Shown: in pieces, positions 37,809 through 48,632 of the stretch
Layout: each line of letters starts with the position of its first letter
How positions within the stretch are numbered: the first letter of the stretch is position 1
From: Candidatus Amesbacteria bacterium GW2011_GWB1_47_19
GTDB taxonomy: Bacteria > Patescibacteriota > Microgenomatia > CAZETR01 > Amesbacteraceae
Direction: 5' to 3'
NCBI GenBank assembly: GCA_001002325.1
Contig: LCNZ01000001.1
Span: forward strand, 67,773-131,772
DNA: 64,000 nt
Notes under the pieces: generated by a model
What the model was told of the DNA's origin: nothing
The model's database searches: none
What the model saw: the letters and a program-made list of their open reading frames with translations, nothing else
Translations under genes and position numbers: made by a program

Positions 37809-40800
37809 TTAATTACAGAAATAATTTTCCGGTTTGACCCAAATACCTCCAATAGATACCTCCATATGTAAATGGGTAAAGCCCATAGGATAAAGAGTAG
37901 CAATAATAGTTCCAGAGGGAAGATTGGTGCCAGTAGAGTATGAACCCGAGATGTGAGTTAACACTATTCTTACATTACCAGAAACATAATGTGCCCTGTA
38001 ACCAGAGCCAGCAGGATTGGCCTTACCCCAAGAAAAATTCCAGCGGACGGATTGACCATTGAGAAGGGGAAGTTTGACGTCAGCAACCCCACCACTTGGT
38101 GCTTTGACATCCATAGCATATCCGTAATAAGGACAACGGCTGGCAACGCCGGAGCAGACACTGGGGACACCTATGCTTGGACCGTAGCAGCCTGGCGCGT
38201 CTTGAGGGAGGGCCCATTTACAGGGCGTCCAACCTTGCCAGTAGGGGGTACTACCATGCCCAGTATCGTTAGAAGAGTTGTAAGAATAGTAAGTTATTAT
38301 TCCATCGTCTATGGGACAACTCGAGGGATCCCCCCAACCACCCCCCCCCCCCCCCCCCCCCCCACCGACACCACTATCGTCACCGGCAAAGAAGAAGGAA
38401 AGCGGGGTGGCGGGGATGACATAAGCGCCGGAGTTGATGATGAAGACAACAAAAGTAACAATGATCGGGATTACCAGGACGGTGATGACTATGGGTAAAA
38501 CACTAACGCCGGCTATGACTGTGACCACACCTGTAATTATTGAACCGCCGGTAGAAGCAATTTGCTGAAGAGATTGGACTCCCGGACCGGTGCCGGTAAA
38601 GAATGACTGGAAGGCGGAGCCAACAAAACCGCCGACACCAGTGGCTGCCAAGGAGCCGGTAATAGAAAGTCCGGCAAGCTGGGCACCAATAAGGCCGATG
38701 ATGGCACCAATAATCATGGGAGCGTTTTCTTTGATTTTTTTGGCGAGTTTTTTAATGACCCCCCAAGTGACATCTAATACTAGACCAACGACAAACGCGG
38801 CAACGTTTCCGATAACAGGAACTGTCGATCCGACAGCCTGAAGAGCTAAATGAAAGCCGAGCTTTATGGCGATTTTTTTAGCAATGGAAGTGACAGTCTT
38901 ACCAATTACAGTCTTGGCTAATTTTCCCCAAGCGGCTTTGGCGATACTTTTTACGGGGGAGAGGACCCTGTTGCCGATAATGGTGTAGCGGTGACCGGCA
39001 AGCCAGGAAGATCCTGTGGCACTTCGAACAGCGCCAGTAATGCCCGACTTAGTGAGAGAGAGGGAAATCTGTTTGCCAATTGTCGAGGAGAAGAACTGGC
39101 GACCGAGGGGGGAGGCGGAGAAACGCTCCAAAACCTCCAACACCCGGGGGTGGAGCAGGTCGCGGGGTTTTTGGCTGACGAATTTAAGCAGGTCGGAGAA
39201 TGGTCCGGGCAAATTGAGAGACCCCAAATGGGATTGGAGATGGAATGCCTGGGGAGGACCGAACTGGCGGAACAGGTTGGAAAACAATACTTGGGGATTC
39301 AGGTTCTGCAGATTGAGTCCAGAGGTTTGGGAGGGCTGTTTTGAGCGAAGAAGTTCTACGGACAAGGGAAACAATTGCTGAAAGGCTTGATTTTGGACAG
39401 AGAAAAGTTTGTCCGCGGGAGTGGAAGGGGCGCCGGCAAATCCAGCAAGAAAATAACCGGCCTTTACGAATGGGACCGACTGTTTGGACAGAATCTTGGC
39501 GATGGGTGAAGGCAGGCCGCCCATACGGAGCTGGTGATACAGATATTGAGCAGCCGCAGCATCGTCTTTGAGTTTGTAATTGAACATGGTGAAGTGTTCC
39601 CCGAGGTCCCTGAGAAGTATTTCCGGAGAACTTACTTTGTTGGCTTCCAATTTTGGAAGGAAGGTGAGCTGAAGATAGCGGGAGACTTCCTGGGGAGTGG
39701 CATCGGGACGGTAGAGTTTGAAGAGAAGAAGGTGGTCGGACAGTTCCGCGGCAAGCTGGGGGGTGACATTGGCCCGAGTTAATCTGGTGGAGACAACTAA
39801 ATGGAAAGAGGCCAGTTCAGGGTGGAGGGAGAGAAGTGCCGGAATAGCTGGAGACAGAACAGAAAAAGCTTGCGCCAGAGACATCCTGCCGCCTGAGGAG
39901 GAGAGGATTAGGTCAACAGCCGCGGGAATGGTGGTAGCAGGAGAAGCCGCCAGGTGGGTGGTCAGGAGAGGTTGTAAGGCAAACAGGATTCTGGATTCCG
40001 GATAATGGCTCGGAAGAGTAGAAAAAGAGGAAGATAAAGAGGATTTGATAGCCAGGAGATTCTCCGGAGATCCGGGAATATCGGAGAGATTGAGAGCCGA
40101 GGTCGAATGTAAATACTGAACAAGAGGCGAGCGCAGGTCCCGTAGAACCGGCGGGGCATGGGGATCAAAAATTTGTGCGATCTGGGAAATTGATTCAACG
40201 TACTCACTTGGAATGTAAGTGGAGGCGGAGGCGGAAAAAATTCTAGTAATATGGTCGGGTAACGAGGCGGGATTTGTGCCGAGAAGGGGAAATAGCTGAT
40301 TGAGAATTTGAGAGGCCTCATTCGGCGCCAGGGGGGCTGTAGACAGGATTTGGGAGGCAGCTGCAAGAAAATGTACCGGAGCGTAGGTTTGACTGAAAGT
40401 TTGGTGGGATGAGGAGGCGAGTACGGAGGCAATCTGTGGGGAAAAACCGGAAGATTTAAAGGCGTTTTCCAGCTCAACTAGGGTGGCAGTGGGGTGCGAT
40501 GTAAGGGTGGAATGGAGAGTAATGTGGGCAGAGACAATTTGTTCCGGAGTCAGCTTGAGTTTAGGTGAGAGGGAGAGAAGGGTGGATTGGGCAGCGGACA
40601 AGGAGGAGGATAATATTTCTGTGGCTTGGGGAGGGAGATTGGCGGCAGAGGTATATGCTGCAAAGATATGACTGGATAGGAACTCTGATTTTTGCGCAGA
40701 AATACCCGCGGTACGGAGCCTGGCGGTGATAATCTGGGGGGTTAAGATAGAGAGGGGGGTATCGGATAACAGATCGCGCAGCGCGGATGAAGCCTGGGTG

Positions 40801-42500
40801 GTTTGAGATGGCGAAAGATTAAGTTGGGATGAGAAGGAATGAATTACATCCAATGCTGAAGTTTGAGCAATTGAGACAGCCGGCGGGGCAATGAGGGCAG
40901 ACTGATACGCCTGTGAAAGGCCGGTAGAAAGGGCGGAAATCTGGGGGGAGGTAAGACGCGCAGTGGAGGGAAGCTTCTCAATAAGAGAACGGACGGCCTC
41001 GGGGGAAGATTGGGACGCCAGAGCAGGAAAAACCGATTGAAAAACGGCTTGGGTCTGGGCGGAAGAAAGTTTGAGAGACACAGAAAGTTCTGATAACGTG
41101 TCATTGGCGGCTACAAGTGCAAACGGAGATACGGAAATTCCGGCAGGGGTCAGGATGACGGCGGGAGCAATTAAGGCCGAACGGAAAGAAGAGTGGGAGG
41201 ATTTGGCAACGACGGCAGCCTGGGAAGAAGACAGACCGGCCCGGGCCACCAGATGTCGGGCTGGGAGGCAAAAGTGCGGGAGACAGTATCGCGGACAGAA
41301 GAGACGATGTTTTCAGGCAGCTTGAGGGAGTCGGAGGAAGCCAGAACGGCACCCTGGGCAGCGGCGGCGGCGACGGAGACCCGGGCGGGAGCAGCGGAGA
41401 GAGACTTCTCAAGGCGGGGAACAAGAGTCCTGACGGAATCGGCGGAAAGGCCGGCGGAACTTAAGGCCGAGGAAAGATCGGAGGCGGAAAGCTGAGGTCC
41501 CTGGGCAGCAATGACCTTATCGACCGCAGCAGCAACGGCAGCGGTATCTTTGGCAGACAAACCCAGATCGGAGAGAGCGGCAGGCAAGTCAGACCTGAGA
41601 ACGGCGGCGACAACGGCGGGAGCAGCGGCGGCAACCGGGGGAAGGATGACGGCGGGAGCAATTAACGGAAGCTAAATTTTGAGATAAACTAGATACAGCA
41701 GCAGTGGCAGCTTGAGTATCATCTGAAGGCAAATTAATCTGAGGTATAAGGGTAGTGAGACGGGAATAAAATTGGTCAGGGGTAGCTTGAGGGTGAATAA
41801 GTTTCTCCACAAAGAGGACATTTGCGAGATTGTCTGAAGCTGAATCAGTGAGATGGATAGGTGAAACCACCGATGAGCGGATTGATTGACGCAACTCTTT
41901 GAGATTGGGATAAATAAAAGTGAGAGTATCGGCAAGGGGGGCAATAAGATTGGTTATTGACTGGGAGGGCAACACAAATTCCAAAGTTCTGGCCAAATCG
42001 GGCAGAGGAACGCTTTCAGGATTGGTAGCCACCCGGCGGTAAATAGTGGGCTCGACTACATCATTGAAAAATTCTGCCGCGACTTTGCCCTGAGGGCTAC
42101 GTTGAGCGACCGACCGACTGATCATTTCCAACTGGGATAGCATTTTGTCGTGGACCGTGGGGTTTTTGTGCCGGATTTTCTCCGCTTCCTGTTCCCGGAG
42201 CCTGAGGTGATTTTCATAATCATCAACTAAAGTCTTGAGAATGCCGTACATGGAGTCGATTTTTTCCTGAGAGAGTTCAAGCAGCGCCAGATTCAAAGCC
42301 AGCAGGGGTTCTTCATCTTTTTTAATTAATTTGAGTCTTTCAAAGGGGAGAATTTGTTCAACGACAGACCAGATTTTTATTTCCACGGAAGCAGGTGTTT
42401 CTCCTGGGGGAATTTCAGGAGGAATAAGAGATAGGCTGTAAATTAATTTCTGAAGACGGACCAGTTGCTGAGTCTTGGTTGAGGTATAGACGTCAGGCAT
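37809..42500 (-). pseudogene. Giant (~1560 aa) Ala/Ser-rich helical-repeat membrane protein with C-terminal M23-like domain, split by two compensating frameshifts
   Basis: ORFs 41589-42500 and 37809-41249 share a frame; ~41255-41665 codes the same repeat type in the shifted frame; TM block then YAMDV...LTHI...THLHME. Confidence 0.65.
38341..38363 (-). repeat. G23 homopolymer (coding strand) in a Gly linker
   Basis: 23 consecutive C on the + strand. Confidence 0.9.
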
Positions 42501-44331
42501 GAGGTTTCTCCTGGTCGGTAATTAACCGCATGGCGGCTGCTTTCTGGGCTAATAACTCCGAGGGTTTGGTAGTGACAAGCTGGTGTTCGTCGGGGGAGGC
42601 GACAAAGCGGACGGCAACATGGTTATTGCCGGCAAAAAACAGGCCTTCACCGACGTTGGCGGAGAGCAGAAGATGTTTTTCCCCCTCGGAAAGATAAAAA
42701 ACCTGGGCGATTCGATCAACAGCCGCGGGAGACTGCTTCATGAGGATCTGGATGGATGAATTGGTGACGATGGCTTTGCCAAAATCAGTATTTAAGAAAT
42801 CTTCCACATCCTGAGTAATGGTGGTTAATCCGAGGAAGTATTTACGGGCGCGTTTGGCAATTCCGTAGAGGAAATTGGCCGAATCGGGATAGCGCATGAG
42901 ATACCAGGCTTCGTCAACCACCAGGATCCTTTTTTTGAGATCGCGGCGCATCTTGGTCCAGATATAATCGAGAATAATAAAAATGGCAATAGGTTTGAGT
43001 GAATCTTCAAGGTCACGAACAGAAAAAACAGTGAAAGGATTTTTGAGAGCGACGTTACTGGGCTGATCAATAATGCCTGTAAAACTACCTTTGACGAATT
43101 TTTCCAGACGATCCGCCAGTGAAGCAGCCTGGGGTTCTTCCATACCTATGAAAGCCTTGTATAGATCCTCCATGAGGGGGGGGACTTTTCTCTGAGTGAC
43201 CGGATCGGTGGTGATGCCTTTCATACGGTAAGACAGATTTAATGCCCGGTCCAAAAGAGCTTCCTCAGTGGGGTTGAGGGCACCCATGATGACCTTGAAA
43301 AGCGAATGCAGTGACTGAATCTTGAGGTTGAGTTCATTTTCTTCGGAGGTGTCGGTGAGGGCAGATAAATCGAAGGGATTAATGCGGTTTTGGGAGTTGT
43401 AAGCAAAATTTATATAATCCCCACCAACCACGTCACACAGAGGCTTGTATTCGTTTTCGGGGTCGATAACAATTACTTCCGTGCCGAACATGAGAGAACG
43501 AAGAATTTCCAGTTTGATGGCGTAAGACTTGCCTGCCCCGGCCTTGGCAAAAACGACGGTGTTGGCGTTTTCCAATGTGAACCGGTCGAAAATAATCAGG
43601 CTGCCGTTGTGTTCATTAATTCCATAGAGAACCCCTTCGTTTGAGGTAAGCTCGGAAGAAGTAAACGGGAAAGTAGTGGCCAGAGAGGTGGTATCCATAT
43701 TGCGGGTGACCATAAGGTGGTCAATACAGGTCGGGAGGGTGGTTTTGAAACCCTCGCCCTGTTCCAGGACGGTGGGAATTGAAGAAAGCAGAAGTGAAGA
43801 CAGAGTACTGCTGACCTGCTTGCTGGTGGTTTCCAATTCCGATGCCGATTCGGCGGGGATGGTGACATAAAGCGAAAACTGAAAAAAGCGTTCGATACCT
43901 TTGACCAGCTGATCCTGGAGAGACAGGGCGTCTTCGAGCTTTGCCTGGGTACCGGGATCGACAACCCGACCACGCTGCATGTCAGTGCTGAGTTCGGCTT
44001 CCATTTCAGCGATTTTGCGGCGGAGGTCATCCAGGGTAGATTTGCTTTCCACGGGATAGACGAACATGGAAATATTAAGAGAATGATCAAAATTGATTAG
44101 CTGAGAGAGCCAGTTGGCATCCACAAACCGGCGGTTGATGGTGGTGAAAAAGGAACGGTAGTAATACTCATTTATTTTGAGAAGATTAAAATCTATCGAA
44201 ATTTGCTGGGGGGCGATAATGTCCTGAACTGTTTTGGCCAGGGACAGAGTTTTGGTAACAGGTCCGGAGGAAGGAGTGGGGGCAGGGTGGGTTACGGTAT
44301 CAGATGATGGTCTTTTTTTGAAAAGCGGCAT
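42493..44331 (-). CDS. virB4: VirB4-like type IV secretion ATPase
   Basis: AKAGAGKS Walker A, IDPENEY, INPFD, VVDEAW Walker B, RARKY, TQDVEDF, GEGLFF. Confidence 0.92.
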   Translation of the reverse strand: MPLFKKRPSSDTVTHPAPTPSSGPVTKTLSLAKTVQDIIAPQQISIDFNLLKINEYYYRSFFTTINRRFVDANWLSQLINFDHSLNISMFVYPVESKSTLDDLRRKIAEMEAELSTDMQRGRVVDPGTQAKLEDALSLQDQLVKGIERFFQFSLYVTIPAESASELETTSKQVSSTLSSLLLSSIPTVLEQGEGFKTTLPTCIDHLMVTRNMDTTSLATTFPFTSSELTSNEGVLYGINEHNGSLIIFDRFTLENANTVVFAKAGAGKSYAIKLEILRSLMFGTEVIVIDPENEYKPLCDVVGGDYINFAYNSQNRINPFDLSALTDTSEENELNLKIQSLHSLFKVIMGALNPTEEALLDRALNLSYRMKGITTDPVTQRKVPPLMEDLYKAFIGMEEPQAASLADRLEKFVKGSFTGIIDQPSNVALKNPFTVFSVRDLEDSLKPIAIFIILDYIWTKMRRDLKKRILVVDEAWYLMRYPDSANFLYGIAKRARKYFLGLTTITQDVEDFLNTDFGKAIVTNSSIQILMKQSPAAVDRIAQVFYLSEGEKHLLLSANVGEGLFFAGNNHVAVRFVASPDEHQLVTTKPSELLAQKAAAMRLITDQEKPHA

Positions 44332-44332
44332 G

Positions 44333-44965
44333 TCAGGTTTCAGTGGGTTTTGGCAAAATAACTCTACTACCTAAAAGATCGGGATTGTAGTAGTCGAAAA
44401 ACAGCTGAAGAAGTTCCTGGGAATTGAGCTGGCGGGCCCGCAAGCCGATACGAGCCAGAAGACGGAGAAGATGATCGCGTTTTGGAGCCAGATTGGTGGC
44501 TGCGCGATCGAAAATGTCCGCTTTGGCCAGGGGCAAACCTTTTTTCCGGGGGCCGAGGGCGCCCATGGCGGAACTAAAACCCAATTCCATTGAGCTGAAA
44601 GGAATGGAAATAAAGAATTTTTTGTCCAATACATTACCCTGACGGACAATGGCTTTGATGAAATCCCGGTATTTGGTGAGCTGCGTACGGATTTTGGGGG
44701 CAGAAGTTTTGGCCAGACGCTCTTCCAGTTTCTGCAGGTAATCGGATATATCCTTACGTTTGGAAGAAATAACTATCTGGATGGAAAAAGTCAGAGAATT
44801 TAAAAGTTGGGCGTAGGCATACATGGTGGCTTCCTGCTCTTTTTCGGAAAAAAGCCCGAAGTTGATGGCGCCGACCTCGAGAATCAGGCAGGCGGAACCG
44901 TCTTTTAATAAGACCAGATCGTTCTGAATATCTTCAATGTCCAGATGATCACGGGTAAGGTTCAT
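44333..44965 (-). CDS. Conserved T4SS-associated protein (VirB4 N-terminal/TraC-like fragment)
   Basis: INFGLFSEKEQEA..YAQLLNSL.FSIQI, R..QLNSQEL; directly upstream of virB4. Confidence 0.7.
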   Translation of the reverse strand: MNLTRDHLDIEDIQNDLVLLKDGSACLILEVGAINFGLFSEKEQEATMYAYAQLLNSLTFSIQIVISSKRKDISDYLQKLEERLAKTSAPKIRTQLTKYRDFIKAIVRQGNVLDKKFFISIPFSSMELGFSSAMGALGPRKKGLPLAKADIFDRAATNLAPKRDHLLRLLARIGLRARQLNSQELLQLFFDYYNPDLLGSRVILPKPTET

Positions 44966-44983
44966 AGTTAGAGTATAAGGTTG

Positions 44984-46039
44984 TCAGGCATTTTGGGGTT
45001 GGGCAGTGATAACGATGGGTGGGATAAGGGAATTGGCGACTTTGATGGAAACAGGGGGAAAATTGAAACCGTCTTTTTCGGAATTGATGACGTATGAGCC
45101 GGAGGGGAGGGGAATGGCAATCTGGAATTGGCCGAGACGATTGGTACGCAGAGCCCGGGCAGGGATGCCCGTCTGAGAATCGAGAATTTCCAGGGTGACA
45201 CCGGACATGGGTGAACCGGCGGAATCGTTGATCTGGCCGGAAAGAATATTCGGTTGGGTGGGAGCAGTGACAGCGGAAGTGAGTGTGGCCTGAGGTGCGG
45301 GGGGAGGGGGAGTGATAGTAGGCCGGGGGCCGGGTCCGGTCAGGGGAATATTGGGAAGAGGAGGCAGGGGCGAAACCACGGAGGAGGCGGAAGGGGCAGC
45401 TTTGGCTGGAAGAGGGGAGATAACCGGTTCCGGGACAGCAGCTTCGGCCGGGGCAGTGACCGGTGAGATTTGGGGCGGAGGGGTAAATGCGTGATATGCG
45501 GTTTGGGTGGGGGAATCCGGGGTGGCGGGACTTTGAACCCGGGCGGTACCGGGGAAGGTGGACGGAAGAGTGACCGGAGTCGGGGCAGTCGGGAACGGAG
45601 ATTCGGCGGGAGGGGGAGAAATAACGGGGGATGGTTCGGGCGCTGGTTCGGGGGCGAGGGAGGTGACAAATGAAGTGAAACTAGTAGCGGGAGATAGTGG
45701 GGCAGCAGGTGGAGGGGCGGCCGGAATTCGGGGAACAGTTTTAGTTGAAGGGGGGGAAGGGGCCCAGACAAATTCCGTGGGTGAATAAATAGCTTTCATA
45801 AAAGCGGAAATCCATTTGGCGAAAGGCCGGCCATTGATGGGAAGAAAGGCCATCGCAGCACCCATGACGGCGCAAATAAAGACAGCGGGGTATTTGATGA
45901 TGACCGGCAAGGGGGTGCGGAAGATCAGAAAGGCCATGACCAGGCCACCAGCCAAGTAGAGAAACTGCTTAAGGGTCATGTCCCCGACCAGGCGGAATTC
46001 GTAAGAAGAAATGTTTTGCGGGACAGGATGTTGTTCCAT
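44984..46039 (-). CDS. PrgI-family (VirB3-like) protein with Pro-rich linker and C-terminal carboxypeptidase-regulatory-like domain
   Basis: HPVPQNISSYEFRLVGDMTLKQF, two TMs, INGRP; C-terminal TNRLGQF...GSY. Confidence 0.8.
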   Translation of the reverse strand: MEQHPVPQNISSYEFRLVGDMTLKQFLYLAGGLVMAFLIFRTPLPVIIKYPAVFICAVMGAAMAFLPINGRPFAKWISAFMKAIYSPTEFVWAPSPPSTKTVPRIPAAPPPAAPLSPATSFTSFVTSLAPEPAPEPSPVISPPPAESPFPTAPTPVTLPSTFPGTARVQSPATPDSPTQTAYHAFTPPPQISPVTAPAEAAVPEPVISPLPAKAAPSASSVVSPLPPLPNIPLTGPGPRPTITPPPPAPQATLTSAVTAPTQPNILSGQINDSAGSPMSGVTLEILDSQTGIPARALRTNRLGQFQIAIPLPSGSYVINSEKDGFNFPPVSIKVANSLIPPIVITAQPQNA

Positions 46040-46214
46040 AAGGACTTAGGGTTGATTGATTATATCTGAAATATCTATTGCGACAGATTCGGTTCTATTA
46101 TCACTCTAACCTGTGAAGGCTTGAATGCAAGCTATTTTTTTCACAGACCGATATATTGACATATCCTATAGTTGCTAAATCATGATAGAATACGGTGTTA
46201 TATACTAGAGATAT

Positions 46215-48623
46215 ATGAGTGACGATATGAGCCAAGAAATACCAAAAGGGATTGTGCCCGGGGGGCAGGTAAAGAGTGAAAAAAAGGATATCGTCGGCAA
46301 ACCCGAATCAGGGAGGTCATTGAGGGATGAACTCAAGGGACAAGATGCAAACGCAATAGTTCGAGAGAGTACAGGTCCGCTTGGAAGTAGAGAGACACCT
46401 CTTGGAGAAAATCGGGGCAGCTGGCGTGAACAGGAACAAAAGAAAAGGGGACCAGGTGTGTTGTTGACAGAAAAACTTAAAGAAGAGCCAAAGGAGGCTG
46501 AGCCAGAAGATACCAGCTTGGGAAGAAGGCTGGAAAATGTGCTGGTGGGGATGCTTGCAACGGCTCAAGCGTTTGATGAGGCAGGGGAGTTGGTGAGAGC
46601 AATAACAAGGAAACGAGAAAGCGGAGAGCCTGTAACCCATGCAGACCAAATTAGACCTGAACTGGCAAAATTATATAAAAAGTTAGCCGGATCAAGAGGG
46701 GCCAGGCAACATGCCGATATGGAGACTGAGGATTTGGTTAGGAATGAATTGCTGAGCGGGGTGCGGCCATTTCAGGAGATTCAAGACGACATTAGAGAGG
46801 CGTTTAAAATATCAGACCCACAGGAAAGGGAAAAACGGATTAAAGAGTTGCGTAAGGAAAGGGCTCCACTGGAGATGATTGCAGAAGGTATAGGGCTATT
46901 TGATGATGTGCGAAACGATACAAAAACAGAGCAAGACTGGCGGTTTTTTGAAAATGCCGGAGGGAATCTTCAGGACCATTCGGAGATTGCGCCAGAAAAC
47001 GATAAACTCTCTCGCAGCTTTCTGAATAATAGAATCACGGAAGTGAGAGGATTGCACGGTTACGATCCCAAAATGGACGGAATGATAGAGGAATACCGGG
47101 AGGTGGCGAAGGAGAATTGGGCTTGGGCGATGAGAGCTGCAAGGGGGGAAGCAACTATTGATGCCGATACTAGGAAAAGAGTTGAGGCGAGGGGGTGGGG
47201 GACGATTCCCCAAACAAGCCTGGTGGAAGAGGCGAGAGGGTGGTTAGAGAAGGTGAGGGGAGTTAACGAGAGGCAGGCGAGGGAGCAGCAAATGGAACAC
47301 GAGCGTCTATTAGCCGAAAAGATGGGGCAAGGTGCGGGGGGAGGGGGGGGAGCAGAAGTTGAAGTTAGAGAGGTTAATGCCAGCGGGGACAGGTGGAGCG
47401 CCAGGTTTATGGAAAAACTGGGACTACCTGTGAATTTTGTGATACCACCACAAGGGCCCAGGGCTCCGGAAATCAGGGTGGAAACGGCTTCTGCACTGGA
47501 GAATGCCTATGATACAAATGGAGTTCCCGTATTTATAAACCCGAATACTGTTGAAGGACAGTATTTCATAATGTCCTGTTCAAGCCAGGAGAAGGCTAGG
47601 CTGTTTTATTGGGGAGTGTTGCCGTGGATAAGATTAATAACTTTGGGCAGGCACGACGGGAAATTTTCAACTTTGTATGATCCGAAAACCGGGAGTGGTT
47701 TGATAGGAGAGCTAGGATTGTCCTTAAGGGGTTTGGCAACTGCTTTTGAAAATGATGAGGAGGCAAAGAGATGCCTGGCGATTATTCTACAAATGAATGA
47801 GCAGGAATATCCTGGCGGAGGAGGGAGAAGAGTACTTGATGGCCGCAGAACCATGAATACTGATGATGTGCATTTTGCGGAGAGTAAAGCTCCGGAATAC
47901 ATGCGGTTGCTTAGGAGCGACCCCTTAAGGGAAGAATACGGACATACGGCGGTGAGAAACGAAATAAGAGATTTGGCGGCAGAAGTAGCGAAGTACGTGG
48001 GATGTGACAACGGTACCGCGGAAATAATGATGGAAGTAGCAACATTGATCAATGGGGGGCCGAAAATGGTTGAATACAGGAATATCCTGAAAAATCACGG
48101 AGAACTTTTGAGTGCCTATGCTGGTGAAAGAGCAGCTTTACCTCTATTGGCGAAGCTATTTATGGGAAAAAATGCCGGAGGGGATTCGGTTTATCTGGCG
48201 GATTATTTCAATAATCAGGGAGTCGACGGAATGTTTCAACAAATGAAGGGAATGTATGAAGACCGATGGCACAAAGCAATCGGCGGGATGGTGACAATTA
48301 AGTCGGTGATAGATTCGATACAGAAGATGTTGAGATGGGATGGTGATGCCAAGGAAATGGCTTCAAAATACGTGGTAAAATGTGAAATAGTTAAATTGCT
48401 AGCGAGTTTGAGAAAACTGGAATTTCCTTTAATCGAAAGGGGTACTGAGGCTGAGATTATTGGGCGGGCTAATGATATGCCTGATAAAATCGGCGAGGTG
48501 GTAAAGGAGTCATCACCTCCTGCCGAACAAGTGGCTAATGAGGTGGGCTGGGGATTATTGAATTCATTAACATTCGGAGGTGCCGGACTGCTTAGGTCAA
48601 TCAGGAGAAAAAGGGGAAGTTAG
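46215..48623 (+). CDS. Large orphan hypothetical protein in opposite orientation within the T4SS locus
   Basis: 802-aa charged helical ORF, own -10 boxes upstream, no signal peptide or recognisable motif. Confidence 0.8.
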   Translation: MSDDMSQEIPKGIVPGGQVKSEKKDIVGKPESGRSLRDELKGQDANAIVRESTGPLGSRETPLGENRGSWREQEQKKRGPGVLLTEKLKEEPKEAEPEDTSLGRRLENVLVGMLATAQAFDEAGELVRAITRKRESGEPVTHADQIRPELAKLYKKLAGSRGARQHADMETEDLVRNELLSGVRPFQEIQDDIREAFKISDPQEREKRIKELRKERAPLEMIAEGIGLFDDVRNDTKTEQDWRFFENAGGNLQDHSEIAPENDKLSRSFLNNRITEVRGLHGYDPKMDGMIEEYREVAKENWAWAMRAARGEATIDADTRKRVEARGWGTIPQTSLVEEARGWLEKVRGVNERQAREQQMEHERLLAEKMGQGAGGGGGAEVEVREVNASGDRWSARFMEKLGLPVNFVIPPQGPRAPEIRVETASALENAYDTNGVPVFINPNTVEGQYFIMSCSSQEKARLFYWGVLPWIRLITLGRHDGKFSTLYDPKTGSGLIGELGLSLRGLATAFENDEEAKRCLAIILQMNEQEYPGGGGRRVLDGRRTMNTDDVHFAESKAPEYMRLLRSDPLREEYGHTAVRNEIRDLAAEVAKYVGCDNGTAEIMMEVATLINGGPKMVEYRNILKNHGELLSAYAGERAALPLLAKLFMGKNAGGDSVYLADYFNNQGVDGMFQQMKGMYEDRWHKAIGGMVTIKSVIDSIQKMLRWDGDAKEMASKYVVKCEIVKLLASLRKLEFPLIERGTEAEIIGRANDMPDKIGEVVKESSPPAEQVANEVGWGLLNSLTFGGAGLLRSIRRKRGS

Positions 48624-48632
48624 AATTTAGTT

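Noticed and set aside
41517-41591. TGA readthrough (genetic code 25) joining ORFs 41589-42500 and 37809-41249
   Set aside because: An in-frame TAA follows at 41519-41517, the plausible protein lies in another frame, and TGA ends conserved genes such as dnaA and groES
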